IMG/VR virus record: IMGVR_UViG_3300025108_000002
Location: 1-63,259 of that record
DNA: 63,259 bases
Reading direction: 5' to 3' (one strand)
Source of the DNA: a virus
Lineage: Duplodnaviria; Caudoviricetes
Below the pieces are notes generated by a model that saw only the letters and a program-made list of their open reading frames with translations, had not been told where the DNA came from and made no database searches. Each line of letters begins with the position of its first letter. Position 1 is the stretch's first letter. Below are positions 7,088 through 16,292 of this stretch, piece by piece. The position numbers were made by a program, and so were the translations under genes.

Positions 7088-8809
7088 ATGCAGACAACAG
7101 AGATCAATGGATTCTTGATTGACGAGTTCAATCAATATAGGCTTGAAGAGGGAAAAAAGCAGGGTGTATGTCCTCTTTGTTCTCACGATAGAAAACCCAA
7201 GAATCAAAAGGCAAAATGCGCGTCTTATGATTGGGAACGTGGTCTCGGCACTTGTCACAATTGCAATACATCATTTCAGTTACATACTTATCAACGTAAA
7301 GGAGCTAGTGAAAAAGAATATGTAAGACCACAGGGTCCACCTAATTCTAAAGAACATCCTGAGTTTTTAAGTGACAAAGTAATTGAATGGTTTAAAGCAA
7401 GAGGTATAGGAACTCAGACCCTTCAAGACTTAGAAGTCAGCGAGGGTCTTGAGTATATGCCACAAACCGGTAAGTCCGAGAATACTATAAAGTTTAATTA
7501 TTTCATGGGCGATCAACTTATTAATGTTAAGTATCGCGACGGAAGAAAGAACTTTAAATTATATAAAGGTGCTGAAAAAGTATTTTATAATATAAATAGT
7601 ATTGTAGGTTATGAGTATTGTATTATAACTGAAGGTGAAATGGATGTGCTAGCGTTACATGAGGCTGGTATGCCTAACAGTATATCAGTGCCTAACGGTG
7701 CTACATTAAATTCTAACAACTTAGATTATCTTGATAATTGTATTGATTATTTTGAAGATAAACAAAAAGTAATATTAGCTGTTGACTCAGATGAAGCAGG
7801 GCAAGCATTACAATCAGAATTAGTCCGTAGACTTGGAGCTGAAGTTTGTTATCTAGCATCGTTTGATGATTGTAAAGACGCTAATGAATACCTTTTAAAA
7901 TATGGAAAACAAAAACTGGCAGAGCGTATTTCTCAATCACGACCAGTACCGCTTGAGAACGTCACAACCTTTAAAGACATCGAAGACGAAGTTACAGACT
8001 TTGTTCGCAACGGTTTTAAGAAAGGATATCAAGTTGGTTTGGAAAACTTTGATGATATATTTAGCACGTACACCGGTCAGTTTATTACTGTTACTGGTAT
8101 ACCTAGTAGTGGTAAGTCTGATTTTGTTGACCAGATGGTTGTAGGTTACAACCGTAACTATGGCTGGAAAACAGCTTTTGCATCACCAGAAAATGCGCCT
8201 ACATATTTACACGCACATAAGTTAATGCGTAAGACTTGGGAAGGTATGCCAACATCCGCTGATATACACAGCGATAAATGGAACCAAATAGCAGATCATT
8301 GTAACACTAATTATTTTCATATTGATATGGAGCGTTATACATTAGAGTCTGTGCTTAGAAAAGGCGCAGAGCTTGTTAAGCGTAAAGGTATTAAATGTTT
8401 GGTTATAGATCCATTTAATAAGATTAGAGACATTGATTGTAAGACAGAAGATGTTAATCGCTATACGATGGAGTACTTAACTAAGATTGAAGTCTTTGCT
8501 AAAAAGTATGATGTACTAGTGTTTATAGTAGCTCACCCTACTAAGATGTATAAGACGCAAGATGGCAAGATTGAAGAGCCTACGATGTATAATATAAAAG
8601 GTGGTGGTGAATGGTATGATGCTAGTTATCATGGTATATTAGTTCATAGAGATTATGAAGCTAAAACAGTTAAGGCTAAAGTATTAAAAGTTAAGTTTCA
8701 AAACCTCGGTGAAAACGGAGCTGAAGCACACTTTAAATGGGAACCAAAGTCTGGTTGTTTTATACCACACGAACCTATATCAAACAATGACCCAATGCCA
8801 TGGGAGTAA
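7088..8809 (+). CDS. Primase-helicase (T7 gp4/Twinkle-like)
   Basis: Zn finger CPLC...CHNC; TOPRIM ITEGEMD...AVDSDEAG; Walker A GIPSSGKS; VIDP; VAHP. Confidence 0.95.
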   Translation: MQTTEINGFLIDEFNQYRLEEGKKQGVCPLCSHDRKPKNQKAKCASYDWERGLGTCHNCNTSFQLHTYQRKGASEKEYVRPQGPPNSKEHPEFLSDKVIEWFKARGIGTQTLQDLEVSEGLEYMPQTGKSENTIKFNYFMGDQLINVKYRDGRKNFKLYKGAEKVFYNINSIVGYEYCIITEGEMDVLALHEAGMPNSISVPNGATLNSNNLDYLDNCIDYFEDKQKVILAVDSDEAGQALQSELVRRLGAEVCYLASFDDCKDANEYLLKYGKQKLAERISQSRPVPLENVTTFKDIEDEVTDFVRNGFKKGYQVGLENFDDIFSTYTGQFITVTGIPSSGKSDFVDQMVVGYNRNYGWKTAFASPENAPTYLHAHKLMRKTWEGMPTSADIHSDKWNQIADHCNTNYFHIDMERYTLESVLRKGAELVKRKGIKCLVIDPFNKIRDIDCKTEDVNRYTMEYLTKIEVFAKKYDVLVFIVAHPTKMYKTQDGKIEEPTMYNIKGGGEWYDASYHGILVHRDYEAKTVKAKVLKVKFQNLGENGAEAHFKWEPKSGCFIPHEPISNNDPMPWE

Positions 8810-9051
8810 AAAAGAAATCAGTAGGATATCAATATAGTCCTGATGAGTTCAAAGCATATCAATGGTGTATAAATAATGGAATTTATATATCTCCATTTTG
8901 CAAAGAAAATTTTATATCATGGCATATAGACATAGAAATAAATAAAAAAATAAATAGATCACCTCAAGTTTTTGATACAAGAGAACTATGGGAGACAATA
9001 TTTAAATACTATAAATATTATTATGATAAACAGCACAAAAAACGCAAATGA
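8800..9051 (+). CDS. Hypothetical protein
   Basis: Overlap-coupled ORF within the operon. Confidence 0.65.
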   Translation: MGVKKKSVGYQYSPDEFKAYQWCINNGIYISPFCKENFISWHIDIEINKKINRSPQVFDTRELWETIFKYYKYYYDKQHKKRK

Positions 9052-9664
9052 AGCTTATGAAGCATTGTTGGATCAAGTCATTTTACATGGCGTAGATTTT
9101 GATAATACTAAAGCTTTGTTTAACTGTGGTTTTTACATACAAAACCCACAAGACAATCATATTACAAATAAACAACGTAACTGGAGCTTAGAATATGCTG
9201 AGGCTGAATGGCAATGGTATTTATCTGGAGATTCTAACATTGCTAAACTAGGTGAGCTATATGGTAAAATACCACCTATATGGAAACGTATGGCTGATAG
9301 TTACGGTTATGTTAATTCTAATTATGGTTGGCAGTGGCAACGAAAAGATCAATTAGATTATGTTGTTGCTAAATTAAAAGACAACCCTAACACACGGCAC
9401 GCTGCAATAAGTATATATGATTGCAAAGAACATAATACTTATTCAAAAGATACTCCGTGTACATATGCAGTTCAATTTACAATTATAAACAATAAGCTTT
9501 GTATGTCTGTCTATATGCGTTCTAATGACATCTGGTACGGTTTCTGTAATGATCAGTATCAGTTTTCATCATTGCAAAAAATGATCGCAGAGAGATTAAA
9601 TATTGAAATTGGTTGGTATTACCACCATGCTCACAACATGCATTTGTATAACGATAAACTTTAA
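9023..9664 (+). CDS. Thymidylate-synthase-fold enzyme, dCMP hydroxymethylase-like
   Basis: DTPCT catalytic Cys, MRSNDIWYGFCND (Asp at the specificity position as in T4 gp42), NMHLY. Confidence 0.8.
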   Translation: MINSTKNANEAYEALLDQVILHGVDFDNTKALFNCGFYIQNPQDNHITNKQRNWSLEYAEAEWQWYLSGDSNIAKLGELYGKIPPIWKRMADSYGYVNSNYGWQWQRKDQLDYVVAKLKDNPNTRHAAISIYDCKEHNTYSKDTPCTYAVQFTIINNKLCMSVYMRSNDIWYGFCNDQYQFSSLQKMIAERLNIEIGWYYHHAHNMHLYNDKL

Positions 9665-9669
9665 AAATT

Positions 9670-10428
9670 ATGTATTATTTATACCACATACCAGGTAAAA
9701 AGATCGGTGTTACACGTAATCTTAATACACGGGTTACCCTTATGCAAGGTTATAAGGAGAATGAGTATGAAGTTCTTGAACAGTCAGACGATATAGATTA
9801 TATATCAGACCGTGAAATAGAACTTCAAAAGTCTTACGGCTATAAAGTCGACAGAAAATTATATAAAAACTTATTTAATAAAATGAAAATAAACGCAACA
9901 CAACAAACCTCAACTTTTCCAGTACCAGTTAATAAATTAAAAGGTAGATTAAGGGATAACATAGGTTTAAAATGGCAAACTGATTTTGGCCAGTTCGAAA
10001 TTACAGAACAAAACGTTTTGTGGATAATGGCTAACGTTAAAGAGTCAATGTATAACGCTAAGAGATGTTATATATATAACAAAGCTTTTTATGAAGCGTT
10101 TTTTAATCCTCATCATACACCAAGTTCTTCGGCAGAAAGATTTGATTTAATACGTGATTGGGCAGCTAAAAGAGGTATATACCAAACAGGCAACTCACAT
10201 ACTCAGTACGTCAAGCTTATGGAAGAGGCTGGCGAGCTTGCTCAAGCATTGCTTAAAAAAGACAAGCCTGAAATACAAGACGCTATAGGTGATATGGTTG
10301 TTGTATTGACTAACTTAGCTTATCAAGAGGGTTTTGAAATTGAAGACTGTATTGATGCTGCTTACACTGAGATAGCTGCTAGAACAGGTAAAATGATTAA
10401 CGGAACATTCGTAAAAGATGCAAATTAA
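9670..10428 (+). CDS. MazG-like NTP pyrophosphohydrolase with N-terminal GIY-YIG-like domain
   Basis: C-terminal KLMEEAGELA...DAIGDMVVVL; N-terminal YYLYHI..KKIGVTRNLNTR. Confidence 0.75.
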   Translation: MYYLYHIPGKKIGVTRNLNTRVTLMQGYKENEYEVLEQSDDIDYISDREIELQKSYGYKVDRKLYKNLFNKMKINATQQTSTFPVPVNKLKGRLRDNIGLKWQTDFGQFEITEQNVLWIMANVKESMYNAKRCYIYNKAFYEAFFNPHHTPSSSAERFDLIRDWAAKRGIYQTGNSHTQYVKLMEEAGELAQALLKKDKPEIQDAIGDMVVVLTNLAYQEGFEIEDCIDAAYTEIAARTGKMINGTFVKDAN

Positions 10429-10714
10429 AACACAAGACAAGATAGTACAAAACGTACTAAGGAAGATGGACGAACGTAGCTTGATAGGTCAAAAGAAATA
10501 TGGAGCTACAATGATGCAAGAGATCGAAGGTCAGAAAAAAGATCTAGGTAGATTCATTGTTGATGTACAGGAAGAGCTTATGGATGCTATATTGTATCTT
10601 GAATCAGCAAGACATTGTTTACGTGATGAAATTGAAGAAGCTTTATTACATCAAAAATGGGAAGACAACGAGGGTATTAACAATATAGATGTTTATGGGG
10701 AAGAAATCTTTTAA
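10418..10714 (+). CDS. Putative all-alpha NTP pyrophosphohydrolase
   Basis: RSLIGQKKYG...VQEELMDAILY. Confidence 0.55.
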   Translation: MQIKTQDKIVQNVLRKMDERSLIGQKKYGATMMQEIEGQKKDLGRFIVDVQEELMDAILYLESARHCLRDEIEEALLHQKWEDNEGINNIDVYGEEIF

Positions 10715-11150
10715 ACGCAAAAAAGGTCCAGTACAGTCGAAGAAGATCTCATATGATGGGATCAACTTCGCGTCTGGTCTTGAGCGTTATATGTATATGG
10801 CCTTACGTAAAGCTAAAATAACTGCTTTATATGAAGGTCAAACATTTGAGTTATCAGAGTCTTTTGACTTCCCATTTGAATCATACGAAAGGTGTGGCAA
10901 TGGCAAAGGGGACTACAAAAACAGAGGTAACAAAAAAATACTTAATATAAAATATACACCAGACTTTGTAGGTAAGGGTTTTATAATTGAAACTAAAGGT
11001 AGAGCAAACGAATCATTTCCATTACGTTGGAAATTATTTAAAAAACTAATTACTGAAAGACGATTAGGGCCACTTACATTATATAAACCACAAAATCATA
11101 AGGAATGCGACGAGACAGTAAGGTTAATCCTTTCGAAGCTAAAAGATTAG
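10695..11150 (+). CDS. T7 endonuclease I-like resolvase
   Basis: FASGLE, YTPDF, IIETKG motifs. Confidence 0.85.
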   Translation: MGKKSFKRKKGPVQSKKISYDGINFASGLERYMYMALRKAKITALYEGQTFELSESFDFPFESYERCGNGKGDYKNRGNKKILNIKYTPDFVGKGFIIETKGRANESFPLRWKLFKKLITERRLGPLTLYKPQNHKECDETVRLILSKLKD

Positions 11151-11275
11151 CTAGAAAAAAGTATGCTGAACGGCAAATAGATAAATGGTGGAAGTGGAGC
11201 TGGGAAGTTAGAAACAAAGTTAAATTTAAAGAATTAGTAGAAATACAAGATAAATATGGAATCAAAACAGAGTAA
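11105..11275 (+). CDS. Hypothetical protein (56 aa)
   Basis: MRRDSKVNPFEAKR... tiles the gap on the coding strand. Confidence 0.55.
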   Translation: MRRDSKVNPFEAKRLARKKYAERQIDKWWKWSWEVRNKVKFKELVEIQDKYGIKTE

Positions 11276-11405
11276 AAACTGGAGTTTATCAGTAGGCACA
11301 TATCCAGGTGTATTACTAGGAGCAAGAACTTACGATGAACGAGATCAAATAACGCATGTATTATATATACCTTTTATTGATATAGCATTAGAAATTTTTA
11401 AATAA
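11256..11405 (+). CDS. Hypothetical protein (49 aa)
   Basis: MESKQSKNWSLSVG...; stop abuts the nrdB start. Confidence 0.6.
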   Translation: MESKQSKNWSLSVGTYPGVLLGARTYDERDQITHVLYIPFIDIALEIFK

Positions 11406-12374
11406 ATGGGATTATTCGATGAGCGCATAGCGTACAAACCATTTGATTATCCTGAATACTACAACGAAGGTTGGTTAAAACAAGCTCAAGCATTTTGGTT
11501 ACATACTGAAATCTCAATGCAGAGCGATATAAAAGATTGGAATGAAAGACTTAACGAAAAAGAAAAACACCTTGTCGGGAACATACTTCTTGGATTTGCG
11601 CAAACGGAATGCGCGGTATCAGACTATTGGACCCAAAACGTCGTATCGTGGTTTCCTAAACACGAAATAAGACAAATGGCTATGATGTTTGGCTCACAGG
11701 AAACTGTGCATGCTGTGGCATACAGCTATTTAAATGAAACTTTAAAGCTAGAAGATTATGAAGCATTTTTACACGAACCAGCGACGTCTGCTAGATTTGA
11801 TAATTTGGTTGCTTACGACGGTAATGATCATGTGGGTATTGCGAAAAGCTTGGCTGTATTTTCAGCCTTCGCTGAAGGAGTTAGTTTGTATAGTGCTTTT
11901 GCAGTGCTTTATAGTTTTCAGCTTCGAAATTTACTCAAGGGTATCGGGCAACAAATGAAATGGTCAGTAAGAGACGAATCATTGCACAGTAAAATGGGTT
12001 GCAAGCTATACCGTGATATGTGCAGTGAAAACGATCAATTACTTCACTTATGTAGACAAGATATAATTAAAGCCGCTGAGACTATGGTCAAGCTTGAAAG
12101 TAATTATATTGACAAAATGTTTGAAGCTGGAGATATTGAAGGTATATCAGCTAATGATTTAAAACAATTTATAAAAAAGAGAGCAAATGAAAAACTTGTG
12201 GAACTTGGTTATGTTGACCTTGGATCGTATTTCGCGTATGACAGTAAAGCAGCGAGTAATCTTGATTGGTTCTATCATCTTACCGGCGGGGTCACTCATA
12301 CTGATTTTTTCGCGATTAGGCCAACGGATTATTCAAAAGCTGGCGAAGGAGAAGACTTCGAAGATATATGGTAA
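11406..12374 (+). CDS. nrdB: Ribonucleotide reductase class I beta subunit
   Basis: QAFW, ETVHAVAYS, AEGVSLYSAF, RDESLH, TDFF. Confidence 0.95.
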   Translation: MGLFDERIAYKPFDYPEYYNEGWLKQAQAFWLHTEISMQSDIKDWNERLNEKEKHLVGNILLGFAQTECAVSDYWTQNVVSWFPKHEIRQMAMMFGSQETVHAVAYSYLNETLKLEDYEAFLHEPATSARFDNLVAYDGNDHVGIAKSLAVFSAFAEGVSLYSAFAVLYSFQLRNLLKGIGQQMKWSVRDESLHSKMGCKLYRDMCSENDQLLHLCRQDIIKAAETMVKLESNYIDKMFEAGDIEGISANDLKQFIKKRANEKLVELGYVDLGSYFAYDSKAASNLDWFYHLTGGVTHTDFFAIRPTDYSKAGEGEDFEDIW

Positions 12375-12455
12375 AATAAATATAACCGAGCAAGATATAT
12401 ACAACGACCTTAACTGGACAGGTGTAAGAAACTTTGTAAAAAAAGAAAAATTAAA

Positions 12456-12686
12456 ATGAAAGAAAACACACTAATAGAAATGAAAAACAAAGTTGATGCA
12501 ATGGCTAGAGTCATGCAGCAGCTTATAACCGAAATACAATTTACTAGAGAAGTAGCTGTAGGTTCTTTAGAAACAATTAAAAAAATGCCAGGATATGACG
12601 AAGCGTTGGAGCAACTTAAAAATGAAGTTACTGAAAAACCTAGTGAGGCAGAAGAGGCTAAGTCCTTGGAAGCGGTTAGCGACTAG
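12456..12686 (+). CDS. Hypothetical protein
   Basis: ORF with A-rich leader. Confidence 0.7.
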   Translation: MKENTLIEMKNKVDAMARVMQQLITEIQFTREVAVGSLETIKKMPGYDEALEQLKNEVTEKPSEAEEAKSLEAVSD

Positions 12687-12861
12687 GGCAGGATACATGG
12701 GTGCAGGCTTTTTGATTGCAGCACAATGGACATTAGAACCTAGGCTTTATATCCTAGGTTTTATTTGTGTCATGATACAAACAGCCTCAAGAAAACAATG
12801 GAATTTAGTAGCTTTAAACCTTAACGGTTTAATAGCTTGGATAAAACATCTTATAGTATAA
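12622..12861 (+). CDS. Small membrane protein (start uncertain)
   Basis: Three short hydrophobic segments GAGFLIAAQW / LYILGFICVMI / WNLVALNLNGLIAWI. Confidence 0.55.
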   Translation: MKLLKNLVRQKRLSPWKRLATRAGYMGAGFLIAAQWTLEPRLYILGFICVMIQTASRKQWNLVALNLNGLIAWIKHLIV

Positions 12862-12863
12862 AT

Positions 12864-14582
12864 ATGTGGAATAATGAATGGAAAAAAGGAGAAGATTACC
12901 CTAAGTGGGGTGATACAGAAGTATACAAAAAAACAATATCTGGTGGATACTTATTACAAGATGAGACTCCTCGTGATGCTTACATGCGTGTTGCTAAAAC
13001 TGTGGCTAGACGATTATATAAGCCCGAAATGGCAGAAACGTTTTTTGATTACATTTGGAACGGCTGGCTTTGTTTGGCTAGTCCTGTGTTATCCAATACA
13101 GGTACTGATCGCGGTTTACCTATCAGCTGTTTTGGTATCGATGTTGCTGATTCTATACAGGATATTGGTCAAAAAAACTTAGAGATGATGCTACTCGCTA
13201 AGCACGGCGGTGGAGTTGGTATCGGTATAAATCAAATAAGACCCGCCGGCGCTAAAATAACAGGTAATGGAACAAGTGATGGAGTTGTGCCGTTTTGTAA
13301 AATATACGATTCAACTATACTTGCCACTAATCAAGGATCTGTCCGACGAGGAGCAGCATCGGTTAATATCAATATTGATCATGCCGATTTCGAAGAGTGG
13401 CTTGAAATACGTGAACCCAAAGGAGACGTCAATCGTCAATCGCTCAACTTGCACCAGTGTGCTATTGTCGGCGATAAATTCATGCGAAGACTTGAAGCTG
13501 GAGATAAACAAGCAAGAAAACGTTGGGGAAAACTTCTTCAAAAACGTAAAGCTACTGGAGAACCTTATATCTTATTTAAAGGGAACACAAATAAAAATAA
13601 CCCTAAAGCGTACAAAGACAACGGTCTCAAGGTACACATGACAAACATATGCTCAGAGATTACATTGCACACAGATGAAAATCACAGCTTTGTATGTTGT
13701 TTATCATCATTAAATCTAGCAAAATATGAAGAGTGGAAAGGTACTAACCTTATTTATGACAGCATATGGTTCCTTGATGGAGTCATGGAAGAGTTTATAC
13801 AACGAGCTAAAGGCTTACGAGGCTTCGAGAATGCAGTACGATCAGCTACGAAAGGAAGAGCGCTTGGCTTGGGAGTTCTGGGCTGGCACACATACCTACA
13901 AGAAAAAGGTATATCGTTCGAAGGCTTACTTGCTCAGTTTGAAACTAGGAAAATTTTTAGTCAAATCAAAATTGAAAGCGAAAGAGCTTCCATGGCACTT
14001 GCTGAAACTTACGGCGAGCCTCTGTGGTGTTCTGGTACTGGTATGCGTAATACTCACCTGCGTGCTGTTGCTCCCACTGTTAGTAATTCAAAGCTTAGTG
14101 GAAACGTCTCGCCAGGCATAGAACCTTGGGCTGCAAATGTATTTACTGAGCAAACCGCCAAAGGGACTTTTATACGTAAAAACCCTACCTTGTTAAAACT
14201 ATTAAGAAAACTTAAAATAAATAACAATGAAACGTGGGATAAGATCATGGCTGATGGTGGTAGTGTGCAAAATATTGCTGAGCTTGATGATGTTGTGTTG
14301 GCACACGAAACACCCGCAAAGGAGGTATTTAAAACTTTTAAGGAGATTAATCAACTAGAATTAGTTAATCAAGCTGGACTGAGACAGCAGTATGTAGATC
14401 AGTCGGTTAGTTTAAACTTAGCTTTTCCTAGTGTAGCTACACCTAAATGGATTAACAAAGTACATTTTGAAGCATGGAAGAAAGGTGTTAAAACTTTATA
14501 TTATACGCGGACAGAATCTGTCTTGCGTGGAGATATTGCACAGCAAGCTATGAGTGAAGATTGCATTGCGTGTGATGGCTAA
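12864..14582 (+). CDS. nrdA: Ribonucleotide reductase class I alpha subunit
   Basis: ASPVLSN, ISCF, GGGVG, TNICSE, GLGVLG, APT, DQSVSLN, KTLYY, C-terminal CIAC. Confidence 0.95.
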   Translation: MWNNEWKKGEDYPKWGDTEVYKKTISGGYLLQDETPRDAYMRVAKTVARRLYKPEMAETFFDYIWNGWLCLASPVLSNTGTDRGLPISCFGIDVADSIQDIGQKNLEMMLLAKHGGGVGIGINQIRPAGAKITGNGTSDGVVPFCKIYDSTILATNQGSVRRGAASVNINIDHADFEEWLEIREPKGDVNRQSLNLHQCAIVGDKFMRRLEAGDKQARKRWGKLLQKRKATGEPYILFKGNTNKNNPKAYKDNGLKVHMTNICSEITLHTDENHSFVCCLSSLNLAKYEEWKGTNLIYDSIWFLDGVMEEFIQRAKGLRGFENAVRSATKGRALGLGVLGWHTYLQEKGISFEGLLAQFETRKIFSQIKIESERASMALAETYGEPLWCSGTGMRNTHLRAVAPTVSNSKLSGNVSPGIEPWAANVFTEQTAKGTFIRKNPTLLKLLRKLKINNNETWDKIMADGGSVQNIAELDDVVLAHETPAKEVFKTFKEINQLELVNQAGLRQQYVDQSVSLNLAFPSVATPKWINKVHFEAWKKGVKTLYYTRTESVLRGDIAQQAMSEDCIACDG

Positions 14583-14662
14583 AGGCTAAAAGTTATAACT
14601 TTTTTATACATATGAAAACCAATTCGTATAAAAAATTCAATAATCTATACATATAAATCAAA

Positions 14663-14689
14663 AAAGGGCTCTCGATATGAGGGCCCTTT
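14663..14689. terminator. Probable bidirectional intrinsic terminator at the convergence of the two arms
   Basis: AAAGGGCTCTC-GATAT-GAGGGCCCTTT with an A-run on the left and a T-rich run on the right. Confidence 0.85.
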
Positions 14690-14739
14690 CTTGGTTACAG
14701 GAACTTTTGGGTATGGTACGCCCATTTTATTTTTGTTCC

Positions 14740-15441
14740 TTATAGTTTATCAACGCCTTTTATGGCTCCTTTTTTCAAAACATTTTTTGCTACATATTTA
14801 CCGATATTGTAAAGACCTTTAGCTCCTCCTCCTAATATTAAGCCTAAGCTGCCTGAGCTTCCAAGTCTTTGCTGCATCATTGCCTCAGGAATATCTCTTA
14901 ATAAATCTTGCTTATGTTTTTCTTCTTTTGAAATATTGTTTTCACTATTCATTCTTTCTTTAGTAGCTTTAATTTCAGCTAATCTTTCATAAGTAGAATC
15001 ATCTAACTCATTTTGTTTTAAAGCACTATTTCTTTTTACCTTGACTAGTCTTTTTTCTTGTCTAGCAAGTTTTTTCTGAGCTCTTTTTTCACTTCTACTT
15101 TCTTCATAATCTTCAGAAGGTGAATTAGATCTAATAAAAGCTTTTTTTCTAGTTTTTTCTATTTTTTCTCTTAATTTTTGCTCTCTTTGTAGTATTGGAT
15201 TATCTGTTTTTGGCTTTTTTGATTTAATAACCTCTCCAGGACTATAATAATTGTTTTCTGCTCTTCTTGATTCAGAGTCATAAATATAGTCAATATGCTT
15301 GTTAAAAGGATCATTTGTTTTTAAGCTGTCTATAAATTTTTTAACCTCTGGTTTTTCAAATCTACTAAAGTTTTCGTATTGTTGTTTAGCATTTTCTTTT
15401 TTTGCAAAAGGAGATGATTGATGTGGTAGTTTAAAGCTCAT
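14740..15441 (-). CDS. Hypothetical charged protein, SP[FL] family
   Basis: MSFKLPHQSSPFAKK start. Confidence 0.75.
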   Translation of the reverse strand: MSFKLPHQSSPFAKKENAKQQYENFSRFEKPEVKKFIDSLKTNDPFNKHIDYIYDSESRRAENNYYSPGEVIKSKKPKTDNPILQREQKLREKIEKTRKKAFIRSNSPSEDYEESRSEKRAQKKLARQEKRLVKVKRNSALKQNELDDSTYERLAEIKATKERMNSENNISKEEKHKQDLLRDIPEAMMQQRLGSSGSLGLILGGGAKGLYNIGKYVAKNVLKKGAIKGVDKL

Positions 15442-15722
15442 GATTTTTTTTCTTTATGTTTATTACAAAATGTTTTAGCAGCAGCAACACTTCCAAATCC
15501 CCATTTTTTTAAAGCCATAGCTTTTTTAGTTGGTTCTCCTTTAGCGTCTTTCATAGCGCCGGCCATACCTGCGAATCTACACGCAAATGATACTCTTCGT
15601 TTACCGGTTCCAGACGTCTGTCTTGATCCTAGTGATTTACCAGTTTCTTTTTTATACTTAGATCGCATCTTGCGATTAGACTTTTCGTAAGCCTCTTCTT
15701 TTATGTTTAGTGGTGATTTCAT
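15438..15722 (-). CDS. Small basic protein
   Basis: MKSPLN start; RRVSFACRFAGM...ALKKWG motif of small basic phage proteins. Confidence 0.75.
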   Translation of the reverse strand: MKSPLNIKEEAYEKSNRKMRSKYKKETGKSLGSRQTSGTGKRRVSFACRFAGMAGAMKDAKGEPTKKAMALKKWGFGSVAAAKTFCNKHKEKKS

Positions 15723-16144
15723 ATATTACAATATTCATTATAAGCGTCAAAGCACGGACAACTTTTTGCAGCAAACTCGTTGTGACCATGTATCGTAGCG
15801 CTTGGGTGCATTTTCTTTAATGTTTTAAGCAGTAATAACAAGCTTTCTTTTTGCTCAGATGTTCTAGTATCTTTAGCAATCCATTTGCCATTAGAGCCAC
15901 GTTCTGATTCAACGCCTCCAATATAACAAATTCCTATAGAACCTTCATTTTCACCTTTTACGTGAGCTCCTTGCTTGTATATGCTACGGCCATATTCTAT
16001 AGTACCGTCTAGCAAAACAACATAATGGTAACCTATACCATTCCAGCCTCTTTTTAAATGCCACCGATTTATTTCAGCGGCATCTAAATCTCTACCTTCT
16101 TGAGTTGCAGAACAATGAACGATAATTTTATTTATCGATCTCAT
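15719..16144 (-). CDS. Endolysin, N-acetylmuramoyl-L-alanine amidase (T7 lysozyme-like)
   Basis: IIVHCSAT, GIGYHY, GAHVKG, SIGICYIGG, GHNEF..KSCPCF. Confidence 0.95.
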   Translation of the reverse strand: MRSINKIIVHCSATQEGRDLDAAEINRWHLKRGWNGIGYHYVVLLDGTIEYGRSIYKQGAHVKGENEGSIGICYIGGVESERGSNGKWIAKDTRTSEQKESLLLLLKTLKKMHPSATIHGHNEFAAKSCPCFDAYNEYCNI

Positions 16145-16292
16145 CTTTTTTGTTTAAATTTATCCATTTAGTAACGGTATACCCTATTGTTACTGCCAAA
16201 AGCAATATTTTCATACCCATTTCTAAAGTAGTAAAGGTTGTAACGCCTAATGTCGAAGCGTTTATTATGTATAGTTTTATTTGCTCGGTCAT
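16128..16292 (-). CDS. Holin-like membrane protein (54 aa)
   Basis: MTEQIKLYIINASTLGV...KILLLAVTIGYTVTKW with charged tail, directly upstream of the endolysin. Confidence 0.65.
   Translation of the reverse strand: MTEQIKLYIINASTLGVTTFTTLEMGMKILLLAVTIGYTVTKWINLNKKDEIDK

Noticed and set aside
7119-8144. +1-frame ORFs in the primase-helicase, and in nrdB at 11758 and 12187
   Set aside because: Short and mostly hydrophobic, within what +1 shadows can give by chance; no clear compositional signal
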